64,000 bases of DNA, taken from contig OZ176052.1 in NCBI GenBank assembly GCA_964247055.1, positions 6,572,001-6,636,000 on the forward strand, in the 5' to 3' direction. A program made the position numbers and the translations under genes. The stretch comes from Paragordius varius. Its lineage: Eukaryota; Animalia; Nematomorpha. Shown piece by piece: positions 37,178-48,900 of the stretch (position 1 is the first letter of the stretch; every line of letters starts with the position of its first letter). The notes under the pieces are model-generated. The model did no database searches and had not been told where the DNA came from. It saw nothing but the letters and a program-made list of their open reading frames with translations.

Positions 37178-37755
37178 CTAAATCTCGGGCTGCTACGCAA
37201 CCCGAAGAAGTCCTTCGGACTTCTGGGGGGGTGCTATTTGAAAAAGGGACAATAAAATGATTCACATTTGTGGATTAGTTCGAAATATTTAATAGCTATG
37301 ATCTCTTAGGAATTTCAAAACGGTGCATTCATACTAATGTATTATTTACCTGGGCGAAAAATAGAATCAAAAATATTTTTGTGAACTTTGTTTTTTGAAA
37401 AAAAGGACATTTTACGGGGGGAGCGGGTAAAAAGAGAGCCTAAATTAAAAAAGCGAGACGATTATGTTCGACGCAATCGAAAATAAGTAAACAAAAATCA
37501 TATTTGAAATTGAATGATCCAACACGTTCTCCAGAAAATTGTCTCAAAGACACGATTTTTGTGGACTTGTGTTTTCAAAAAAACCGTTTTTCACACGGGG
37601 TGGGCCCGAACTGGGGGCCTAATTCAAAAAAGGGCGAGGCTTTTGTCGGGGCATTCATTAATGATTATACTTTTTTGATATTTGGATTTGAAAGGGTCTA
37701 CCGGTTCGGAAACAAATCACAAAGCCAGCATTTTTCATTTTTATAAATATATAGA
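37178..37755 (-). mobile_element. non-autonomous Helitron-like element
   Basis: The minus strand begins A|TCTATATATTTATAAAAATG and ends with a GC-rich hairpin (CGGGTTGC-GTA-GCAGCCCG) followed by AGATTTAG|T. There are no TIRs or TSD. Two further copies occur in the window. Confidence 0.65.
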
Positions 37756-37959
37756 TTACCATAAATAATGTTTTATTATCCATATATTTTTTTATATCCT
37801 ATGCATATGATAGATAGATAAATAATAAAACAATAAACTAATACTATTTTATGTTTAAAATCAATAAAGTCTGATTGATCATTTGATTGTCTGTTTGAAT
37901 ATTGAGATAGACAATTTTATTTGAAATATATTTTTGATTTAAGCAGTTTTGTTATGCGG

Positions 37960-38862
37960 CACGAAGTTTTAGATTCACATATCTCATAAGTTTTCTGAAA
38001 TTTGGCTCCAAAGGCATGCTGTATCGATATGATGGCGCAGTTGCAGGCGGGTAGTCCTTTACCCAGAGGCCAATATAAAAATGTAGTTAGATAAAAATAT
38101 TTGCCTTTATACCTGAAATCATCGTTCATTCCTAACAGTTTATGGAAGAATGGTTTCAAAACTATATAATAGTTCAATGATAGCGCATTTTTTAGGGCAT
38201 AAAGGGCCTATTTAACGGCTAATTTAAAAAATCCGCTCGACTAAAATTTTTGACTTTTTACGGGTATACTTTAAGCAGCTAATGAACTCATATGGCCTGA
38301 TAGGTGTTCTGAAATTTAGCCCCAAAAGCACGCTATTTCGATATGACGGGTCAGTTTTTCGCTAGCTCCTTACTCAGCAGCTATCATCAAAGAAACGCTT
38401 GACTAAAATTTTTGCCTTTTAACAGGGAATACGTGGAATCCCTATTGAATTTATACGGTCTCATACCTTGGGCGAAAATAGAATCAAAAAATTATTTTTG
38501 TGGACTTTGTTTTTTGAAAAAATGGCATTTTACGGAGGGAGCGGGTAGAGGGTCTAAATTAAAAAAGCGAGCCGACTATGTTCGGCACAATCGAAACTAA
38601 GTAAAAAAAATTACATTTAAAATCGAATGGTCCAACGGAAAAATTGTCTCAAAGACACGATTTTTGTGGACTTCTGTTTTTTAAAAAAACCGTTTTTTAC
38701 ACGGGGTATGCCCGAACGAGGGCCTAATTCAAAAAAGGGCGAAAATATTGTCGGGGCATTTTATAATGATTATAATTTTTCGATATTTGGATTTGAATGG
38801 TCTACCTGTTTTCCGGAAACAGATCACAAAGCCAGCATTTTCCATTTTTATAAATATATAGA
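37960..38862 (-). mobile_element. Helitron-like element, second copy with internal subrepeats
   Basis: Shares the A|TCTATATATTTATAAAAATG start and about 500 bp of body with 37178-37755. The hairpin end is not found. Confidence 0.65.
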
Positions 38863-41357
38863 TTATCTTTTTTCCATATTTTCATAAATTATGCACAAAC
38901 TTTTATTTATATTTCAAAAAAAATATATAATTTAAAAAATGTTTTTCATGTTTGAACATTTTTTCCCAAATTTATTTTTGGTGTACCTATTAAATTTAAC
39001 GATATACATACACATTTTTTCCAAATAAGGTAATAGCTTTTATAATGCAATCTTTTAGCCAAAGCAATATTCTATTCAATAACAACATTTATTCAAATTA
39101 TGTGTTCGGCAAATAAGGTTTTATTCGTCATCTTTTTAAATACATATTTGGCAATCAAGGTTAAAAATTGATTCAATGAAAACATTATTTAAATTTTATT
39201 TATTTGATTGAAAAGGTGTATGTTACAAACAATATAAACAAAAGCTAACAAAATCTGATATCTTGCAATTTCGCCCAACTGATGATTTCTATTTCGCAAT
39301 TCTGGAAAAAAGTTTATTATAACCATAAATTTCTAATTTAAGATAAGTATCCCTTTTTGAAATCATAATATTGTATATATATGTATATGGAATAAAGTCG
39401 CAGAGCTGTAGAAATTTAAAATACATCAACTATGAGCTTTCTCGATGTTTTCGCGAATTAAATATTCTGTTGATATAAGTCTTCTTAATTGTTGAATCTA
39501 ACAATATATTCTAGCTAATGTTTTTTATTTAGCTTTAATGGTACTTCTAACTGGATGCCGATAAACATCACTATTTTACATATTCAGGAGGTAAAAATAG
39601 AAAGTGGATTAATAATTACTTAAATTCCATATTAACATAGTATACTTTAAGAAAACTACTAACCCGATAAATTATAAGCGGATGATATTGTTTCATGAGG
39701 TATTCTAGGTATGACTGGATCTAGGGCATATTTTGGTCTTTTTATTTTACAGCTCAAAGTTGGGTCTGAATACGATACTAGTAATTTTGGGTAATTTGCA
39801 CTATATCTAGTTCATAAACAAATCAATATAACTATATATGTATATATAGCAAGAGGAATCAAGAACCGCCTTTGTTCGTAACCCCAAGCTTATATAAAAT
39901 TCGTTTTAAAAACAAAAAGGTGCCGAAACGGCGGTTTTAAACACAAATTTTTTTTTATCATTATTAAAATGTTAAAACAATGTTACCCTTATATATTTAT
40001 ATTGTTCTTACTGTTATTTAATTCAGAAATTTATATTGGTTTTTAAATTTACTAAATATTTTGGCTCCTTAGCTAATAGCAGAAAAAACTATCTTTTCCC
40101 AGTATTATTATCCAATTTTTTATTTACTTATGCATTATATGGTAAGATGATTAAATAACATGTATTTTGGATAACCCTTGTTTCGTACTTGAACAACCGA
40201 AATAATTGTAAACCTAGTTATATAAAATTCTTCTCATCCCTCAGTCAAAAAACTTAGCTTGACGAACCCCTTAATATTGACCCAGTAATTCAAACGCGGA
40301 TCAAAAAAGCAAAAAAAAACAGACATGCATATAGCTAATTAGTGTTTTTATGGAAGATCCCTTGCTATGTAAATACCTTGCCTAAAAGCATTAAGCCATT
40401 TTATAATCTTAGAGATTAGTAAAAAAAATAAATATATAAGCGCCATATCATCTTAAAATCGGAGTTATAACTAGAGATTGACCCGTTGGGGCCGCCCATT
40501 TTTAAACATCATCTAGTCGTTTAAACATATGTTATCACTTGAAATAAATATAAAATAATAAAACTATGAAACATTATCATGGTCAATTTTCGTTTAATTT
40601 TCAACAAATGTTAACATTAAACAGCAATGTAATAACGTTTATATATGTATTGTTTGGTTATGACTCTAAGGACTGTATCCGGTTAGACTTTTGAAACCCT
40701 AGCTTAACCGTCAAAAAATCTACCATCAATGATGTTGATTACCAATTTAATATATGGAGAGGATCACTAAACAGCGACAATGACTCAGAATAATTTATGA
40801 TTTAAGTTAATCAATTTATTTTAACCATGGTGCGCTAATGCATAGGAGACTGATGTAATAAAATTAGCGACAATATTATAATAATTTGCTTAAGAAAGAG
40901 ATAAAAATTGGCTCTTAAGCGGGATGTCGCCATATTTTTTATTTTCAATTTAATATTTATCATGACAAACACAGAAATAACTGACTGATTCATGCTTCCT
41001 TTTGTCATAATTAAATTATTTTTTTATTTTGTATTATACTTTTAAAATCCTGCTGCCGATAAAACCAACTTTTAAAAAATAACACAATACTTGAGATTGG
41101 GGAATTTTTTTTGATCACATTATCTGTTTAGAAAGAATGCTTTCAATATATTATAAAATTAAAAAGGTATATATTTTTTAAATAATTTTTAGTTTTTCTA
41201 TAAACATGCAAAAAGTGTTTATAAATACATTGTTTTGTTTTTGGATCATTAAGCGTAAACTATCTAAGGTTTTCTGTATAAAATTCATTTAACATTCTAC
41301 ATATTGGCAGAAAAGAAAGGTATCCAAAAAATTTAATAAGTATTAATATTAACATAC

Positions 41358-41400
41358 CTTTTTCGACGAAGCGGATGAGAAAAGCTGGAATGAACACGGT
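41358..41400 (-). CDS. probable additional 3' exon of the erg channel ((D)RVHSSFSHPLRRK(S))
   Basis: TTTGCATTTTAG|AC...AAAAG|GTATGT. This 43-nt exon is phase-compatible with the donor ACAG|GTTGGT at 42994. A possible terminal exon is 40849-40816 (SLLCISAPWLK*), which is uncertain. Confidence 0.5.
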
Positions 41401-41416
41401 CTAAAATGCAAATAGT

Positions 41417-41418
<2 letters not shown>

Positions 41419-41469
<51 letters not shown>

Positions 41470-41472
41470 TAT
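41419..41472. repeat. (TA)n microsatellite
   Basis: Imperfect TA run just upstream (minus strand) of the 41400 acceptor. Confidence 0.9.
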
Positions 41473-42965
41473 ACATGCAGAGTATGTCAAATTTTGGGGC
41501 TCACTTTGTACTTTTTGGGAGATTAATTTTCAACTAAAATGTGTCGGCTCTCCGATACATATTTAGCGGTCACACGCCACACAAAAAAATTAATGCTAAG
41601 AACCGAAATTCATTAAACAGCTGATTAATTTGGCATTTTTTGAAAACACAGATTAAAACTCTCAAATTTCAATTCATATATTTATGACAATAATAGTAAA
41701 AAAGCTAAAAGACCTAAGATAGGTCCAATAATTTTTTTATTGTTAAGCGTTTTTGGGGTTTTATTCACATGTTATTTATCTCAAATGCTGAGATAAATAA
41801 CATTTATAATTTTAAGGATGCCGAAATTTTTGTAAAGATTGAGAATTTGTTATGTAATTTATATTTATATAATCGTCAAAAACTTAGTTGTGCAACACTA
41901 GCTAGTTAAATTTTTTAAAATTAATTATATTTGGCAGGTATAACATCCAATATAGATTCAAATTTTATTAAACGATAGGAACTTCAGTCAATTTATTAAT
42001 TTTAGTTTCTTTGCTAAATTTATATATATTCACATTTTGTAATATATTTTAAATAATGTTAGCTGTACTCTAGTACTTTTGAGTAATTTTAATATGGTAA
42101 ATTATAAAGCCTTGAAATTTTATCTCTTAAATATTTTGAGTTATTGTAGGGCTAAAATTCATTAGTCATAATTTTTTTATTGCAATAATCGCCAAAACTT
42201 TAATGAATCCACAAATTAATGTGATTTTCCCGGTGTGCATGCAGCTATATCTTTGACAGTATTTTGAAATAATTTGCTACAAGTTAAAATGGATTATATA
42301 AAAACTTCAACATTATTTTTGGATTAAAATTTTGACCGAATCTCTTGTGATAATATGTTAAAATATAGAAAGCCCCCAAAACATCTTTTATGTCTATATT
42401 AAATTTTAAAGAACTTATGTATCTAAAATTCTTTGCGAAAATTTTTCTATAAAAATATGATTAAATTACAACTAAATCAGTCTTAATAAACTATTTATTT
42501 ATTTCATGGCGTATGACCGCATTTTTTGGTTTTAAAATCCCGTTAAATTATATTCAACTTCCAAAACGTACAACGCGAACCCTATAATTGACATATCATA
42601 AATGGATACCTTTTATCGACTGAAATTCAGTATTTTCATTGATTGATTTGCTAATATCAGAAAGGCTTCGCTTTAATTGTGTTATAACACCTGTATTATA
42701 AATTAGTTATATTTTAATTATTAAATAAAGAATTACTAAAAAGCAAAAAATGTCCCTTTTGCAACTTTTTATTAGATATATCCTATTTGGCGATACCTTT
42801 TTCTAACAAGTTCAGTGTTTTGTAAAAATAAGGTTACTCACTCCAATATTATTTTATATATTAACTTTTGATAAAAGATATCATCTAAAAATCATATTGT
42901 GCTTATCAAAACATAAGTTTGCTTTTATAAGAAAAATCAAATTAGAAACATTTATCGTCAAATCC

Positions 42966-45900
42966 TTATTTCAATATAATCAATTTAAACCAACCTGTGA
43001 GAATATTTGAAATGGACCCTGTTCTCATTTTGTTATCGGGAGGACTTAAAAATGTTGTGCTAGTTGATGCAGCCCTTGAGCGATGGTTTTTATTTTTACC
43101 AATCGAGGAATGTTTTAAATTATTCAAATAATTATGGTTTTCAACAGTGCTGTGCAATGTTGAATGAATGGGGGATCCTGATATATTAATTAGAGGTAAA
43201 CGGTTGGATGAATTTGTTGGAATGTCAAAATCATCGGCCCCACTATATTTTATGGTGGGTTTGTTCTCATCGGTATTAGTATTGGTTAAAGATATATCGG
43301 TGATTCGGTAAAATCCTTTGTTATCTATGGTATTTGGATTGTAAAGTGTGTGTTGATAACTATCTACATCTTCATTACCCTGATTATCAACATAGGTCAT
43401 ATTATTAAACTTTTCATAAATTGGCATGGTGTCAAAGGCTCCCATGTTTTGTGGCAATATTTGAAAAATATCTGTTTGCTTGTGGGGTAGAAGTGTTGAT
43501 ACATCTTGGCTTGGAGATTTCTTAGAATATGACATTAACATTTTTGGTTCCTTTGCATGTATTTCATTTAATGTGTTGGATCGTTGTAAATTTTGCTGAA
43601 TACTTTCTTGTTCGTGTCCATAATTATCGCCAGAAATTAGTCCAGACGTAAGTTTACGCACCCTTTCAGTATACGTTGAAGTGGTGGATTTGCTTAATTT
43701 ATGCAATCGGTGACCAGGACTGAATTCTTGTTGATCTATACTACTGTTACTACTGAAATCATGTGTTCCCAAAGGGTCATTAATCAAAGCTCTTCCAACT
43801 ATCCTGCCTCCTGGTCGTACTCCACCAAAAGATTTTATCTTCCCAAATACAGAGTACCCCATACTCTCAGAACAACCTTCAAGGCTATAACCTCCGCCTC
43901 CCTGAACACCCTTTACACTTACTGTATTAAATACATCTCCGCCAAAACGTCTGTTTCTTAGCCTAAACGGCCGTAGGATTGTGTAGAACTTGCTGCTTTT
44001 ATCATTGCATATGAGAGTTTTTATTTGATTATGCGCACTTTTAAGCGATTGTGGATCTTTATATTTAGTGTTAGAATCATTATCTAAAATATTTAGGGGC
44101 ATATTCTCCAAGTCACCATTATTATTGAGTTCTGAACTTTGTTGGCTAAATAAACCCATATTTACATCCTTACCAGTATTTTGCGAAATCAAGGGTTTTG
44201 AGTCTGCATAATACCATGATTATAAATTGTCTCAATTAGATTAATTTTTGAATAAAAAAGATTATACCTTCCGGCATAGGAATATGTTGTTCTTTGATAT
44301 TACTAGCTTCACTAAAATAAAAAAAAGGGTTTTTAGAAAGAAAACATCCGAATAAGCCAATATTGACCACATTAAAAACTATATAATACTTGATTGATTT
44401 AGAGGCGAGAGGATCCGTGATCGGAAGATTGGTGCATATTGGAGAAAAATTTGATTTAACAACCAAATTACCAATTAATTGTATATTTTCTACACTATCA
44501 CATTCCGTTGTTTCTGATATGGAATGTAATCCACTTCCTCCGATCATAGCGTTAATTTGTTCTGATGGGATGGAATTCAAAGTTCCTCCGCCAGGATTAT
44601 TAATATTATTGTTAATATTGTTATTATTATGGCTATGGCTAGTTATGGTGGATGGAATGATGTGTTTCATATTTATACCACTTTGATCTGAAGCAATCAT
44701 ATCATTCACACTGGTATCTGGAATGTCGGGACTAGTAGGCTTTGAGGCCGGGAGTGAAATGCGATTTCGATACCGTGAATAAACTGATGATCCACTCAAA
44801 TTTGTTTCTTCCTGTTATAGAGAAAAAAATTTTAACATCAAAATGAATACAAATAAACTGGTAAAAAATGGCTTAATTATATAGGTGATTTCTTATATAT
44901 ACTGTGTGCAAATGATAGGGTTACTTTTGTAACAGAAATTTTTTTTGATAGCTTATGACCAGCGAAGTCATTTGCCGCAAAAATTTTAATTTGTTGACGA
45001 CCTAGTTTTTGAAATATTATGAGTGAAAATTGGGCAAAAGTGAAGATTAAGGATATAATGATAAAACTTGGGATATTATGGTTTATTATCATTTTAGGAA
45101 TATTTTTAATTTATAAATAACCTTCATATAGTTAGGGTTTGTAAAAAACCTCAGTTCAAAAGATGGCGTTTTTCTTTTAACATACTTAAAAGACAAAAAA
45201 ATTTTTATGAAACTATATTAAAAAATTTTTTAATCATTAACTAGCTAAACTCACTATAAAAATCTAATTTATATTTTGTTCAGTAAAAAAAATAATATAT
45301 TATAAAACAAAAAAATAGTTTTTTTTACATTTTTTGTCATCTGGTTTATGAGTGTATAGAAAATTACTGCTCTTTTTTGGAATCTTACATGCGGGATGTA
45401 TAAATATATAAATCAAAATATGATTTACAAGTAGTAAAATATAAACCGAAAATCCGTACAAAACCCTGTAAAAATATATTTTTGTGTTAAAACAAACTTG
45501 TCACAGGGGATTTATACCGATTGTTGGTTGATATTCCATTACTTTAAAATCCTATTTTGCATAAATATATATAGTTTATAATTCCAGCTAGTGTAAAATT
45601 CCAAAATAAAACAACATTTTTTAGTTTTATTTTGATAAAGAAATTTTTTTACTGAGTACATGAATGTTAAGATTTTAAAAGTGGGTTTAGCTAGTAAATA
45701 ATTAAAAAAACTATTTTGGTTTCTTAAACTATTTATTTATTTTTTAAGTATTAGAAGAAAAACGCCATTTTTTGATTTGAGTTTTAATAAAACCTTAACT
45801 ATATGATTTTAGGCTATTGGTATATTCTAAACATCTGTTAAAATAATGATCGACCATAATATCTCAAGTTGTATATATATACATAATATAGGCAAACAAG

Positions 45901-48900
45901 ACTTGTAACGCTTCCTAGTTTCACGATAAAATAAATTTAATTTTAACAATATGATTAAAAACTGACTATATGTGCTATCTTTTTGATATCGCAATATATC
46001 TGAATAAACTATTTTTTTTGCCGAAATATTATTAATAGCAAGAGTTAAAACGGTACCTTTGTACAATAAAAAACAATTATGGGGCAAGAGTGATTTTTGC
46101 GGAAAAAGTTGCTTCCGGTTAGGTTCCATTGTTTTTTAGTCAAATATTGATTTCGGTTTAATTTTTATAATTTGGATTTAAAAATGTAAAATTATAAAAG
46201 GTTATATTTTTAAAATGAAACTAATTTTTTCGAGCTTGGATCCACGGTTTTGGTTCAAAAAAATGGTGTGGAGCCGTTTTTCAAAATTTTCTAGTTTGAA
46301 AAAAAGCTCCAAGAAATCTAGGCATATTTATTCCAGAATAAAGGGTTCTTTAATCGATACATACAAATTTTTTGGCAAGAGTAAAGGCGAGTAGTTAATA
46401 TGCATATAAATATATATGAGGTAAATAAAATCCAGTAGACCCTTTTCCTATAATGACCTTCTTCATAATGAACTTTTTTTAATTAAAGAGCGACTTTGGA
46501 TTGACGAGCTCATGCAAACATCATAATAAAAATTTTAACTTTTGTAGTTATTGTTTGGGATTTTACAGCCCTCAAAATGTTTAAAACATTTTTTCTAATT
46601 AGTAATATTTTTAGAATATTTATTAACAGATATATTTGTAAAAAAAATTATATGTTAATTTTTACTTAAACTAATAAATGATGTTCGTTTCTTGCATATA
46701 AAAACCCAGGTTATGTTGATAAAAATTCATGTGAATAACTTACACTTCTTAAATTGAAAGTTAGTTCCAAATTTTGTATAAAGTAGGGTGCGAATTCAGG
46801 ATACATCTCTAATACATCTAATAGATCTTCTCGGTGGATACGATGTAAATCACAGTATGTTAATGCCCGAACATTGTAGTTAGATTTACCGATGGAAGGA
46901 AAAATACAAGGATTTTCCCCAAATATATCCTCTTTTCCTAGTTAACAAAAAAATAAACCATGCTTTGTATTTTAATTAAAATAATTTATTATTAACTTAA
47001 ATAAAAACTATTCATATAAAAATTTCTAAAAAATTATTTTTCATACTTAAAATGGCCATAATCTCTTCTTCGTTTAAAATTTCAATGGAACCTTTAGCAA
47101 TAAAATAAAGATTCATAAGAACATCGCCTTTGTGAACCAAAATATCTCCAGGCGGTGCGTGCGTTGTTCTACAATTTTTAATTTAAGAAATTTGTATGTA
47201 AATTACAGAGAAGCTCAAATAATTTCATGTCATTATAGGAAGATATCCTTACCATAGCCTATAGAATATTTTTTTCAATTTTTATGTCATGGTTCGATCG
47301 ATTTATGAACGCATTAATAATTATATTTATGATTATCGCTTCCATAAATGACCAGTCAAAAAATTAGACCATACGTATACCATATAAAACTTTTGATAAT
47401 ATAATTTATATTGGCTTATTTCTTTTTTCCGGGGATCAAAAATTAGATTCATAAATGATCCGATACTGGCTTCTTGTCATTGGTAATGTGGAAAAATTAA
47501 GTTTAAAGTTTATACTGATGCTCTAGCCACACTATACACCTTTTCCACTGAATTAAAAATTAAGGTATTTTTTGGGTTTATTGAATATAAACACCAGGGC
47601 ATAAAAAAGATTAGCTTTATAGTAGAGGGGTGCCGAACACAAATAGCTTACCGCGCATTTTTAACCTAAAAAATCTCGTTGGTCGCATTCAAAAAATAGA
47701 TAGACATTAATAAATACTATATTGATTCCAAAGAGAGTGTAAAATTATGAACACTTAATAAAAATTATTCGTATCACCAATTTTTTCTGGTTGAATGCCA
47801 AAATTTGGAATGACTTGTTCACAAATTGTTAAAGAAATATCAATTTTATAAATATTTTATTTATAAATATATTTTTGCTAATTAAGGAATCCATATTTTT
47901 TGGGTGGCACAAAATATTTCGGAGGGCGCATACGGCCTGCTGGCCGCGTGTTGGACACTCCTAATTTATAATCTAAAAAATTATAACAAGAGTATTTTTG
48001 ATTATATAATCAATTGTTTTGAGTTAGTAAGCGGTTGTACATTAACGCCTCTTAAGAATATGCCTTTCTTAGGATCACTCCTTTTATAATTACAATAAAA
48101 TAGTTAATATATATATGCATTTTTAAATTTTTTTTGAATATTTACTTGAATCGTAACGAGAGAGCGCGCAAACACCCTGGACTAGCTTTTGAAAATGCTT
48201 TGCAATGACTAAAAAGATGGCGATTCAAATGTAGGCAAATATCCGCTTGTAGACATTCAGGAAATCCTTTAAGCACCTATAAACAATGACTATCATTGAT
48301 TGGCATAAAATTATGATAACATTCAAACCTTAATTAATATACAGTATGAGTAAGAATACATTGCTAGTTTTTCATCAATTTTGGCCAGATAGTATATTCA
48401 GCAAAAGGCAACATTTCAAGGTTATTTTTTACTTTTATTATTATTATCCAATATAATTTTTGCTGGATATGCTATCTGGCAATATTTAATAAAGTACCAA
48501 TGTATACTTCCTAATCCTATAATTATTAACTCATAAAAGTTAGACACTTCATAACCAAAATTTATAAAATATATATTATGTTTGTATGTATGACAAAACA
48601 TTGATAAATAAATATTACCGAATTCATGTCTATTCCATTGGTGTAAGACCATGCGTGCTGAAAGTATTCTTCAACTCGATGTTTGAGTGGATTTGGAATT
48701 TTGTGAAATTTAATAAATTCCCTAACCTTCATCATTTGTGCATGATATCGTGCAGTACCTGAGTAGAGGCGTTGAATAATGGCAGATACGTTACCGAAAA
48801 CGCTTGCGTACATTAAAGCTATATATATGCAAACGAAAGATTTAACATACGACTTGATTTATTTATTAATGATACTTTAATTTTTTTGATCTCATGGAAT

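Noticed and set aside
37504-38887. Similar ORFs 37504-37746, 38412-38600 and 38627-38887 as a small gene family
   Set aside because: They lie in copies of the Helitron-like repeat, the frames are not conserved between copies, and the third copy (54.5-55.0 kb) has no such ORF.
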